Assembly (NCBI GenBank): GCA_035221665.1
Contig: CM069174.1
Coordinates: 10,788,001-10,852,000 of the forward strand
Length of the DNA: 64,000 nucleotides
Direction of reading: 5' to 3'
DNA from: Okamejei kenojei
Taxonomy: Eukaryota
Shown here: in pieces, positions 23,401-35,400 of the stretch
How the letters are laid out: each line of letters begins with the position of its first letter
Position numbering within the stretch: the first letter of the stretch is position 1
Position numbers and translations under genes: made by a program
Notes under the pieces: model-generated
Seen by the model: the letters and a program-made list of their open reading frames with translations, nothing else
What the model was told of the DNA's origin: nothing
Database searches by the model: none

Positions 23401-26400
23401 ACACTTGCTGAGTGTTTCCTGTATTTTCTGTTTGCCTGTTTGGTGTTTTTTTCATATTCTTGTCTGTCCCAAATATTGAACTGCATGCTTTATTTTTCAC
23501 ATTTAGTATGGATGAAGCGGAGGACATGCACAGCCTCCTTCTCACTGACAATAACTCCGTTCTTCTGGGGGGCCTTCAGAATCATGTTAGAGAAATAGAC
23601 TTAAATGCAGTACAAGAAAGTGAAAAGGTAAGGTACTGAGTGCGAACTTTCTAAAGTATTTGCAGCTGTAGAAATGTGTTTGAGGATGGAATTGCAAATA
23701 TCGGGCACCCAACCATATTGGTGCTAATTCGTATACTTGTCGTGAACTCTTTGTTGTATCTCCTGTTGAATGGGGGGTGTTTGAAATGGTTGGTAGAATC
23801 TGGTTCATGACATCTCGAAGTGGTTTTAATTTCCTTGTGATTGGTTGCCACAGACATCCCCTAATTTCCATAATTTGCAGGAATTGTTTTATTTGAAATA
23901 CATTCATTTTCTTTTGTAGATTTTAAACTCGAGTTAATATATGATTTGAGATACCTCTTGCTCTTGTCTCCTTCAAATTTTATTGGGATCTCTATTTCCA
24001 TACTTCCTCCATATCAAATGCATTTTCACTCCAATTCTTCGTCCCCACCATTTTAAATGTCTTTTAAAACTGAATCCCAAAGCTTTGTGTGGTTCACTGG
24101 TGCTTTATCCAGTTTCCAGCTCTTGTGCCAACATATCAAGGCTTTATAAACATCTTGTGAAATTTTATTTGAACATGCTCTGAATGGTGATGTTTTGCAT
24201 TAATATATGAAGTTTCATTTTTGTATCTCCCTTTCCAGTACACAGTCGAGCTTCCCGGAGTCACAATTATGCGGCAGTCTAACCGCTTCTTCTTTTGTGG
24301 CCATACATCAGGAAAGGTATTTGTATAGAAGCTACTGAATTTAAAGCAATTTGTAGCAACAGGAACAAACTGATCCCTTTTTCTGATTGTTGCTACAAAC
24401 TTCTCAACATGCCCCTCATTTCCTTCCCAATCCTAAAGTGTACATAACCTGTCTGTGAAGTGCCTGGCAGTTAAATATAAAGTAATCTATTTTGGTGTTC
24501 GGTTTAATTAACTGATTTAAATTGAGAATTGTTGAAATGTAGAGAAACCTGGGTTCACTGGAAGTAGAAATGGACTTAGAACGGATAGAAACATTTAGGA
24601 CGTAGAACAGTCACTATATCTGTGTCCAATTTAATGCCAAATTAAACTAACCCTTCTCCCTGCAGGTGATCCATATCCCTCTGTTCCTTACATATTACAT
24701 AGTCTTGTGCCTAGTTAAAAGTCTGGTAGCGCATTCCAGGTACCTACAGCACAGATTTAAAAAAAAAACAACTTTTTTAAAAAACTTGTGCCGCACATTT
24801 AATCCCTCCCCCACCCCGGACCTAAAAGCTATGCCCTCTAGTCTTTAACATTGCCACCCTGAGGGTAAATACTGCCTCTCATAATTTTATAAACTTCTGT
24901 CGGGTCTCTACTCCAATTTATTTTTTTAATTCATGGAGGTAGTGCCAGCAAAACCATCAGCAAATAGTTGCAGCTGTACACTGCAGAAGTGAGACTTTTT
25001 TACTAAATGTAACAACAGAAGAGGAACCATAAATAGACTTAAGCATAAAGGAAGAACAAATTGGAGGCATCAATTTTTGGAATTGGTGACTAATCTCCCA
25101 CAGAGGCCATAATGGGTGATCAGGTCTGAATCGCACTCTTCCCTCGCATTTACCCTTTCTCCCTGTTCAAGGTGATTTGATGGTACTGGCTTTCCACCTA
25201 AAGCCACTATTCTCTTGAACTGAGACCGTGAGCTTTGAAGAGTTGATGAGGAAAGACAATTACAAAGCAGCACAGTGGTGCAGCTGGTAGAGCCGCTGCC
25301 TCGCAGCGCCTGAGACCCAGGTTTGATCCTGACCTCAGGTGCTATCTGTCTGTGTGGAGTTTGCATGTTCTCCCTGTGTATGCTTGGATTTCCTCCGGGT
25401 GCTCCATTTCCTATCACATCCCAAAAAGTGTGGGTTTGTAGGTATTACAAAGCACATCCTTGACTGCATGTATGCATTTTGCCACTGAAAGATACTGGAT
25501 CATGGTAACGATTGGATAACTTAGCTGTACCCCACTGGTCAAAACCCACAAATGGTGCGACCAACTTGTGGTATTCATATTGCTGTGTGGCTAGGACTGA
25601 GGCTGGGGCTTTCCTGGATTGTGTAACATCGTACCACACTGGTGGTGAGTTCACGACTATTGAATGAGAATGTGCAGATTGCTTTTATTGCATAATGATT
25701 ATTTTGCGCTTTAGGTATCTCTTCGAGATTTAAGAAGCTTTAAATTGGAGCATGAGTTTGATGCGTACTCTGGAAGCCTCTCTGATTTTGATGTACATGG
25801 AAACCTGCTGGTGACATGTGGCTTTTCAAATCGAATGAATGGGCTGTCATGTGACAGGTTCCTGATGGTTTATGACCTCCGAATGATGCGGGCTATTAGC
25901 CCCTTGCAGGTTCATGTGGATCCACTCTTCCTGAGATTTATTCCTACATATACTTCAAGGCTAGCCATCATCTCTCAATCAGGTATCTTACAAAAACTAA
26001 AAGTTCTATAGATATTTTATAATTCATTAATGGCTGTTGCTCAAAGTATGCTATACTAAGATGTCAGGAATATTACACCATGGAACATGCACAGCATTAT
26101 TCACTGCTTGGGTGAAAATGTGTCACTTGATTACAAGGAGCAACGAGAGGTTAATTGATAAGAAAATTTCTTTTGGTTTGCAGTTATCACGAATCTCCAA
26201 TTTCTCCTCAAAATCAGTCCAAGACCAGGAAATATTAATTTTCCTATTAGTTTCCTTTTTAAAAAGAGTATGACAACTTTGTATTTGATTCATCAGCAAG
26301 CCTTTATTTATCGGTCTGAAGAAGGGTTCTGACCCGAAAAGTCACCTATCCACCATCTCCAGAGGTGCTGAGTTACTCCAGCACTCATAGCAAAAGGATT

Positions 26401-29400
26401 TGAGTATAAGAACAGGGAGGTTCTACTGCAGTTGTACAGGGTCTTGGTGAGGCCACACCTGGAGTATTGCGTACATTTTTGGTCTCCTAATCTGAGGAAA
26501 GGCATTCTTGCCATAGAGGGAGTACAGAGAAGGTTCACCAGACTGATTCCTGGGATGGCAACTTGTTACTCAGTTGAAAGTTTTCCTACAAACTGAGCTC
26601 CATTTCCGCTCTTCTAATTTTGCCGAGGATAGATTTATTTAAAAGAATCTTGGCATCTGGTGAAATTGGGCCTGTGATGGTTATAGTATGGCAACATTTA
26701 AAAACAAACTGGCCAAATGTCATCAGTGCCAGTAATCTTTCCAACAATCAGAAAGGAGATTAAATGTTAACACTTGGTTCTATTTGAAAAACATTTGGGA
26801 ATATAATGTTGCATGACGTTGCATGAATATTTTGCAATGTCCTTCCAGCCGCTAAAGCTGACTCCATCCTCAAAGGAGCCACTTTTGGAGGCTGCCACTG
26901 AAATGGTATGCATTTATGGGATATGCAGTTGATGAATGTTGGCTAAATATAATGGGCATGCATGCACTTTTATTGTTGGTGAAAGATCTCATTTGAACTA
27001 CAATTTGTTGCAGCAATCTTTTTTTTGCGTCTTTTTGCAGGGCAATGTCAGTTTTGTGAACCAACGGGCCTAGCAAGTCCAGCGGATATTTTCCATGTAA
27101 ACACTGTGGGACAGTTAGTTATGACATTTGATGTATCCTCCAGCAAGCGAGCATTGGTGTTCGGAGACTCTGGAGGGTGTGTGCATCTGTGGGCAGACTC
27201 GCCAGAAGCTACGTTTAACGCATACTCCCGTGAAACTGAGTTTCCAATGCCGTGTATGGTAGATACGCTGCCACATCTGGACTGGAATGATGATCTCTTG
27301 CCTTTATCCCTTATTCCAGTACCTCTTATCACAGAATCTTTGTTGTCTGACTGGCCAACAGCAAACTGCGTTGTTACACCTAGGTAATTAAAAGTTGAAA
27401 GTAGAATTCTTATAAATGGAGGCATGTAAAGCATTGGCCTGCTGAGTTCTTCCAGCACCGTATTTTTGCTCATTGCTTAAAGTTATTGAATTTGCTTTTA
27501 TTTAATGTGCCAATCGTTTACAATCATTGACCTTTTGACTGCTTTTATTTCAATTAGTTCCTTAAATTGTTGATATTCTCATTATTTCTCTCAGTGGATA
27601 AAAAAAAACCACAGCTACTTTATTCCCCTTTTTGTTTACTTCAATTCAATTCAATTCAACTTTAATGTCATTGCACAGATACAAGTATGGGTACCACGAA
27701 ATGCAGTTTAGTGTCAGTACGTAGTGATAGCAATGTTTAGATAAATACAGATAAATAAATACAGGTGTGGGAATCTATCGGCGGGACTCCGAGTTCAGCA
27801 GTGCGATGGTGTTATTATAGAAGCTACTCCTCATCCTGCTGGTGCGGGACCTGAGGCTCCTGTACCTCCTCCCCGATGGTAGTAGGGCAAACAGTCCATG
27901 GTTAGGGTGGGAGGGGTCCTTGATGATCTTCCCAGCCCGTCTCAGACACCGTTTTCGGTGGAGGGCATCCAAGGCAGGGAGCGGGGCACCGATGATGTAC
28001 TGGGCGGTTTTCACCACCCGTTGTAGTGCCTTCCTGTCTGCTACGGTGCAACTGCTGTACCAGACCGTAAAGCAGGTGGTCAGGATGCTTTCAATGGTAC
28101 AGCGGTAGAAGTTGGTCAGGATCTGGGGGGACAGTTGGGCTTTTTTGAGCCTCCTCAGGAAGTAAAGGCGCTGCTGCGCCTTTTTGATCAGCTTGGAGGT
28201 GTTGAGGGACCAGGACAGATCCTCCGAGATGTGTACCCCGAGGAATTTGTAGTTGGAGACCCGCTCCACCTCAGTCCCGTTTATATGGATGGGGGTGTGT
28301 CTGCCCCCTCTGTTCTTTCTAAAGTCAACAATGATTTCCTTCGTCTTCTGGGAGTTGAGGACGAGGTTATTATTGGCACACCAGGTTGTCAGGTGCTGGA
28401 CCTCCTCCCTGTAGGCTGACTCGTCGTTGTCGCTGATCAGTCCTACCACCGTGGTGTCGTCGGCAAATTTTATGATGGCGTTGGAGCTAAACTTAGGGAT
28501 GCAGTCATGGGTGAAGAGAGAGTAGAGGAGAGGACTGAGCACACAGCCCTGTGGCACGCCAGTGTTCAGTGTTATAGTGGAGGAGGTGAGGTTGTTGACC
28601 CTAACAGACTGTGGTCTGTTAGTGAGGAAATCCAGTGTCCAATTGCAGAGGGAAGTGGAGATGCCAAGACCGCTGAGTTTGGTGATCAAGCTAGCGGGTA
28701 TGACAGTGTTAAAGGCGGAGCTGAAGTCAATGAACAGCAACCTGATGTAGGTGTTATTGCTGTCCAGGTGGGTCAGGGCAGAGTGTAGGGCCGCCGATAT
28801 GGCGTCCTCTGTTGACCTATTGGTCCGGTAGGCAAACTGATGGGGGTCCAGTGTGGGGGGGAGGCTGGCTTTGAGGTGAGCCAAGATCAGCCGCTCGAAG
28901 CACTTGGCAATGACGGGGGTGAGTGCCACTGGCCGGAAATCGTTGAGACTCCCTGTCGCTGATTGTTTTGGCACTGGCACAATGGTAGATGTCTTGAGGC
29001 AAGTGGGGATGACATCCTGGGCCAGTGACAGATTGAAAATGTCAGTGAGGACCAGGGATAGTTGTCCAGCACATGCCCTGAGCACCCGCCCGGGGATGCC
29101 ATCGGGGCCGGCAGCTTTGTGCTCATTCACCTTGCTCAGTGCATCTTGTACAGCAGAGGTGGAGAGACTGAGGGGTTGTTCATGCGGGGGTGGAGCAACT
29201 TTGATGGCTGGAGTTTTGTTGTCCCGGTCAAAGCGGGCGTAGAAATGGTTTAGCTCGTCAGGAAGGGAGGCATTGTCTGGGGGGGGAGTATTAACTTTAT
29301 GGTAATCGGCAATGGATTTGATTCCTTGCCACATGCGCCTGGGGTCAGAGTTATTTCGGAAATGCTCCTCGATCCGCCGTTTATGATTGAGTTTAGCATT

Positions 29401-32400
29401 CCTAATTCCCTTTTTCAGATTGGCCCTGGATGAGCTGTATCCCTCAGCATCGCCAGATTTAAAAGCGGCGTCGCGAGCCTTCAGCAGGAGTCTGACCTCC
29501 CTGCTCATCCACGGCTTCTGGTTAGGGAAGGTCTTTATCTCTTTGTGGGTAGTGACGTTGTCCGTGCAGAATTTTATATAGTCCAGAACGGTTGAGGTGT
29601 ATGAGTTGATGTCCACTTGGGAGTTGAAGGTGGCCTGGGTGGCAAACAGACTCCAGTCTGTTTGCTGAAACTGTTCCTGTAAGACAGAGACAGCCCCCTC
29701 AGGCCAGACCTTCACTGTCCTCACGGAAGGTTTCACGCGTCTGATCAGAGGTGTGTATTTGGGGAGCAGGAACAGAGAGAGGTGGTCAGACTGTCCCAGG
29801 TGGGGGAGGGGGAGGGCTTTGTATGCTTCAGTAATATTGGTGTATACTAGGTCCAGAGTCTTGTTTCCTCTGGTTGGGCAGGAGACATGTTGGTGGAATC
29901 TGGGGAGTACAGTTTTAAGGTTGGAGTGGTTAAAATCACCTGCAACAATAAAAGCCCCCTCTGGGTGTGCAGTTAGTTGTCTGCTGATAGCAGCTTGCAG
30001 CTCTTCCATTGCTAGCCTGGCATTAGCGTCCGGGGGTACATAGACTGCAGTGATAACAATCCATGTAAATTCCCTGGGCAGATAGAAGAAATTCCCTGGG
30101 CAGACTGCTCAATTATATTTCATTTTATGGTTACACCAAATGCAGAACCTTGTACTTAGCCTGTGAAATCAAAAGCCATCGCAATATAAAAGGGTGCTTT
30201 ACTGAAGATTGGCATGCTTGTAAGACTTTGCTTGTCAGCAACATGAGCTGAATTGTCCATTCCTCGTATATATCAATTAATCTAAAATGCATTTAGATGC
30301 CTTTGTCCATTATTCAATTTGCATCAGACACCACACAACATAATTTCCATGCACAAGATGTATGAGAGCATTTTTCTTTGAATTTTCCACCAATTAAGAA
30401 GTAAAACAGAAGTATATATGCCCACCCCACTCTTGATCATATCATAATAGAACTGCCTCCATATCCAGTTGTGCTATATCACTTGCCTGTTCTGAAATTT
30501 GAGACAAAGCTCTGAATTAACGTTGTATGTGACGTGCGGAGATGAAATAGTTTAGGACTTGTTTGTTTCAGGCTATAATGTTAATGTGGTTTTTGCTAAT
30601 GGTGAAATTGACACAAAGGATTTTCAATTTGAAACACTCTGATTTTCCTCTGTGATTAACACAATATCAAATCTTGTTACTTTTTCCTTGTTATTTTCTT
30701 TTCAGCTTGTTCTTGCAACTTGTTTGGGTGATCATAATCTTGGATGAAATCCCTTACCTTTTTTCATATTCATTATGGAATTATATTGCTTGTATATTAC
30801 AATTAATGTCTAATGTAAGACCAAAGAAAATTCTGAAATGAAAAGCAAAGCAAACCGACGTATATTTAACGAATACCAAAATGCCCTAATATCTTCATCC
30901 TTTTGAAGAAATTGAGTTGAATTGAATACTTTATTGCCACATGTGACAAGTCACAGTGAAATTCTTTGCGTACATACCCAAGGTATGCAAATAGTTGCCC
31001 ATAAAGGATGCTTACAAAGTTACAAAGTACTCCCGCTTTGTAAGTGGGGTAATACATTTTGTAATACAGTTTGTATTGTACAGTTCACTTTGAAGGCTAT
31101 GTAATCCCTCAGTATCTTAAAATAGTCTACCAGGTATTTTATTAATATTAACTTTTCTTTGGTTATTCTTGCAGACGAGCTCCACCTGTTGACCTTGAGA
31201 TATTGCGTACCATGAAGAAAGTTGGATTTATCGGTTATGCTCCTAATCCCAAAACAAAGCTGAGAAATCAGGTTAAAAAAAAGTCTTTGTTTTTTTTGTA
31301 CAAGTAACAGTGATATTCTTATGGTATGGGGCTACAATTACTTTAGTTTGACAATGACTAGGAGATCCAGAAGTTAATTAACCTCAAGGGCAAGGTAAAC
31401 TTTAATTGGAAGCCATCCTGTCTTAAGATGGGAGGAGGGGTGGTGAGGGGGAAGATGGAGGTGGGGAAGATAGCTCTATAGAACACTGACAGCCTTGACA
31501 CCCAACAAAAGGCGGGTGGAAAGATCACAGGAGGTCTAATTGTTGGTAATCACCGGCTACTTGGATTCATTGTGCCTGATGGTATAACAGGGTAGCATTT
31601 GTCGCTCATCAGTTTAGTTTAGAGATACAGTGCGGAAACAGGCCCTTCGGCCCACCGGGTCCGCGCCGACCAGCGATCCCTGCACATTAACACTATCCTA
31701 CACCCACATTTACCAAGCCAATTAACCTACAAACCTGTACGTCTTTGTAGTGTGGGAGGAAACCGAAGATCTCTGAGAAAACCCACGCAGGTCAAGGGGA
31801 GAACATACAAACTCCATACAGACAGCACCCATAGTCGGGATAGAACCTGTATCTCCGGCGCTGCATTCGCCGTAAGGCAGCAACTCTACTCCTGCGCCAC
31901 CATGACCAGTTGAGGAGTTCCCTTGTTTAGTTTAGAGATACAGCGTGGGAACAGGCCCTTCGGCCCACACACTCCGCAGGGACCAACAATCATCCATACA
32001 TTAGTTCTATCCTACACATTAGGGACAATTTACAGAAGCCTATAAACCTGCACGCCTTTGGAACGTGGGAGGAAACCGGAGTAACCTGTACAAACACGCT
32101 ACTGACAGCACCTGTAGTCAAGATTGAACCCGGGTCTCTGGTGCTGTAAGACAGCAGCTGTGATGCCCCATTGGGATTGCTTTCTCTCTGGACAACAGCA
32201 TGGAGACCCCTTTGTCATTACCACAGCCAGCTCTCCCTTCCTTCTCTAGATGGTGATCATCATTACGGCATCCAAAGCACCACAGAGTAGAAGTAAGTCG
32301 CCCAATTTGGTCCAAGATCTTCAAACTTTCTATCCATGTGCATTTTCAAGATCTCAGACCTGGATTGGTTAAGATTCCCTTTGTGATTAACAAGCATGAT

Positions 32401-35400
32401 GTAGCTCATTGTTCAGGTTTACAGATGAAGGTTAAAGATGGTGTTCGGTTTGTGCGATGCTAATTCCTGAAAATGTACAGACATGCAGAAGTGGGCACTT
32501 CACTATTAACTTGCTTCATTTATTCTTGTGCTTAAGACCGTTCTATAAAATACCCTTCAAGGAAGTCCCTAACCTCTAGTTCCTTTTTGTGTATAGCCAG
32601 GCTAGGATGGGAACTGGTCTGCAATTGTGGGCATGAGTGTTAGTGCCATGGTATGATGGTATCACAACATATTGTCCTATAACCTCTTGTAACCTTTTTG
32701 GGGAAACTGCATGTGAGGAAGGGAAAATCCTTTTTTTTTTTTTTTTTTTTTGTATTTTGAATTCCAAGGCAATCAGTCGAGAGTATTGAGTATAGACATG
32801 AGAGGTCAAGTTACAATTGTACAAGACATTGGTGAGGCCACATTTAGAGTATTATTCAGTTTTGGTCTTCCTGCTCTAGGAAAAATGTTGTTAAGGCACT
32901 GAGAAGATCAAGGAGGATGTTGCCATGGTTGAAGGACCTGAGCTTTTGGGAGAGGTTGAGCAGGCTAGAACCTTATTGCTTGGAGCATAGGAGGATAAGG
33001 GGTGAGTTTATAGAGGTATATAAGATCATGCGAGAAACAGATAGGGAGGATGCACAGTCTTTTACCCAGAGCAGGTGAATGGAGGACCAGAGGACATGGA
33101 TTTAAAGAGAGGGGGGAAATATTTCATAGGAACCCGAGGGGCAGTTATTATACACAAAGGATTGTAGGTATATGGAATATACTGCACTATCACAACATTA
33201 AAAAAAATATATATATATGGATAAGTACATGGATAATTTAGGTTTAGAGGGATATGGGCCAAACACTGGCAGGTGAGGCTAGTGTAGTTGGGGCATGTTG
33301 GTTGGCATGAGCAAGTTGGGCCGAAGGGCCCGCTTCCATGCTGTTTGAGTCTGTGACTTTATAGTTGCTACTGTGATGTATTTGGATTAGATGGGATTGT
33401 TGGTCACTTTGGGAATTGATTGTGTAACTTCAGTTATGGCACATACATATTAGTCCGTCGAATGATATTCTCATCTTAAAGTATGGCATTTAAATTTTCC
33501 AATAAAATCTCGTGTAATGCTTGAAAGCAGAATCGGCAATTTACGAATATAGATTTTGCTTTTATTTACAAGGTTCCTAACTTATTTACTTTGTTCCTAA
33601 GCTAGAAGGCCCTGGAACAAATGCCAAATGGCCAACTAGAGGTTCTATTGCAGGAGTAAAACTACCAAGCTTGCGTATGTCTTTGTGTGTCACTGACTAA
33701 TGAAACTTTTTTGCCTCCCTCCTTTAACTTTGATAACTGCATGGTCGCTCCCACTGCTGTGCCAGGTGAAGTTGTCCAGAACAGCCCAAGAATTGATGCT
33801 AAAATCTTCTGCTATGTATGATTTAACAACACACCACTTTAACTGTTGCCTACTAAGCCATTAGCAGATCCCTGTGTTGTTTACTTTTTTAGATGATCAA
33901 TAATTAGACTTCTGTTTCTAGGTTCCATATAAATTGAAGGAGATGGATGTAGAATTTGACAACTACAATCAAATCCCTGAGTCTCCTATTGGAAGGGAGG
34001 AAGATACTCACCTGTACATGGTCCCAAAGAAATATCGAAAGGTCTGAGGCCAAAAAAAAACTACTTTGAGTTAGATTATCATTCAATGTTTGGTTCCATT
34101 GAGTAGAATTATAAAGTATTTCTGAAAGCCAGCTTATTTTAATAGAAATGTACTTTATCAGGGTATGTTCCTGTTCCAGAATACTACATTTTTAAGAAAT
34201 CTCCTACCTGAAAGTGATGTGGTTTGACCTAGGCTGCTTTCTTGTGTTTGCCAAACTTCTGGACATTACATTTTTCTAAGTCAGCTACCAGATCTCTTCT
34301 GGGAAAACCCACAGGAGTGAATTTGGATCATTGAGGGATCTTGCCCTGTATTTTGCCAGAAGAATATGGGTAGTGTTGGCCAAGTCCCTGAATTAGCCAG
34401 CACTCTGCTTCTTGGTTAACCTGGAGGTTTTTTTCCTGGTCTTCAGCCTTCACTTTTTTTCCACATTCTCTCTCTCCCCCCCCCCCCCCCCCCACCTCCA
34501 CCAGTGTCACTTGCTTTGAAGTAATTATAATATTTTTCTCTTCCTTTATAACCATATAACAATTACAGCACGGAAACAGGCCACCTCGGCCTTCTAGTCC
34601 GTGCTGAACACTTACTCTCACCCAGTCCCATCTACCTGCACTCAGACCATAGCCCTCCATTCCTTTCCCGTCCATATATCTATCCAATTTATTTTTAAAT
34701 GATAAAATCAAACCTGCCTCCACCACTTCCACTGGAAGCTCATTCCATACAGCTACCACTCTCTTGAGTAAAGAGGTTCCCCCTCATGTTACCCCTAAAC
34801 TTCTGTCCCTTAATTCTCAAATCATGTCCTCTTGTTTGAATCTTCCCTACTCTCAATGGGAAAAGCTTATCCACGTCAACTCTGTCTATCCCTCTCATCA
34901 TTTTAAAGACCTCTATCAAGTCCCCCCCTTAACCTTCTGTGCTCAATTGAGAAATGTGATAGTCGTATGTATTTTAACTATTAGATTGATTACAAAGAAC
35001 TCTTGAGCATATTTGCCTTGTGCCTAAATTATTCAGCAGTTTGATTGTAAATGTATTTGTTTAGGTTACTATCAAATATTCAAAACTTGGTTTGGAAGAC
35101 TTTGATTTCAAGCACTACAACAAGACCTTGTTTGCCGGGCTGGAGCCACACATTCCCAATGCCTACTGCAACTGTATGATTCAGGTCAGCGACATTCTCC
35201 CAGCCTTTTGTTGCATTCCTATAGTCAGCACTTGTACATTGTTAAATAAAAGTGAAAAACACCCTGGTTGTGATTTTAGTGGGGAACAATGCCACTGTGT
35301 GTTGCTATTCCATTCTGCAGTTTATAATCATTTGGCAAAAGATCTTGCCTAATTCTAATTTTTTGCCAATATTACAGATTCTATAATATTCCCAGAATTG

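Noticed and set aside
25983-25990. Donor GTATCTTA resembling a U12-type GTATCCTT
   Set aside because: Mismatches the U12 consensus, no TCCTTAAC-type branch point near the acceptor, and a normal pyrimidine tract is present.
27842-30043. Many + strand ORFs overlapping the Rex1 element
   Set aside because: Antisense shadows of a GC-rich coding frame.
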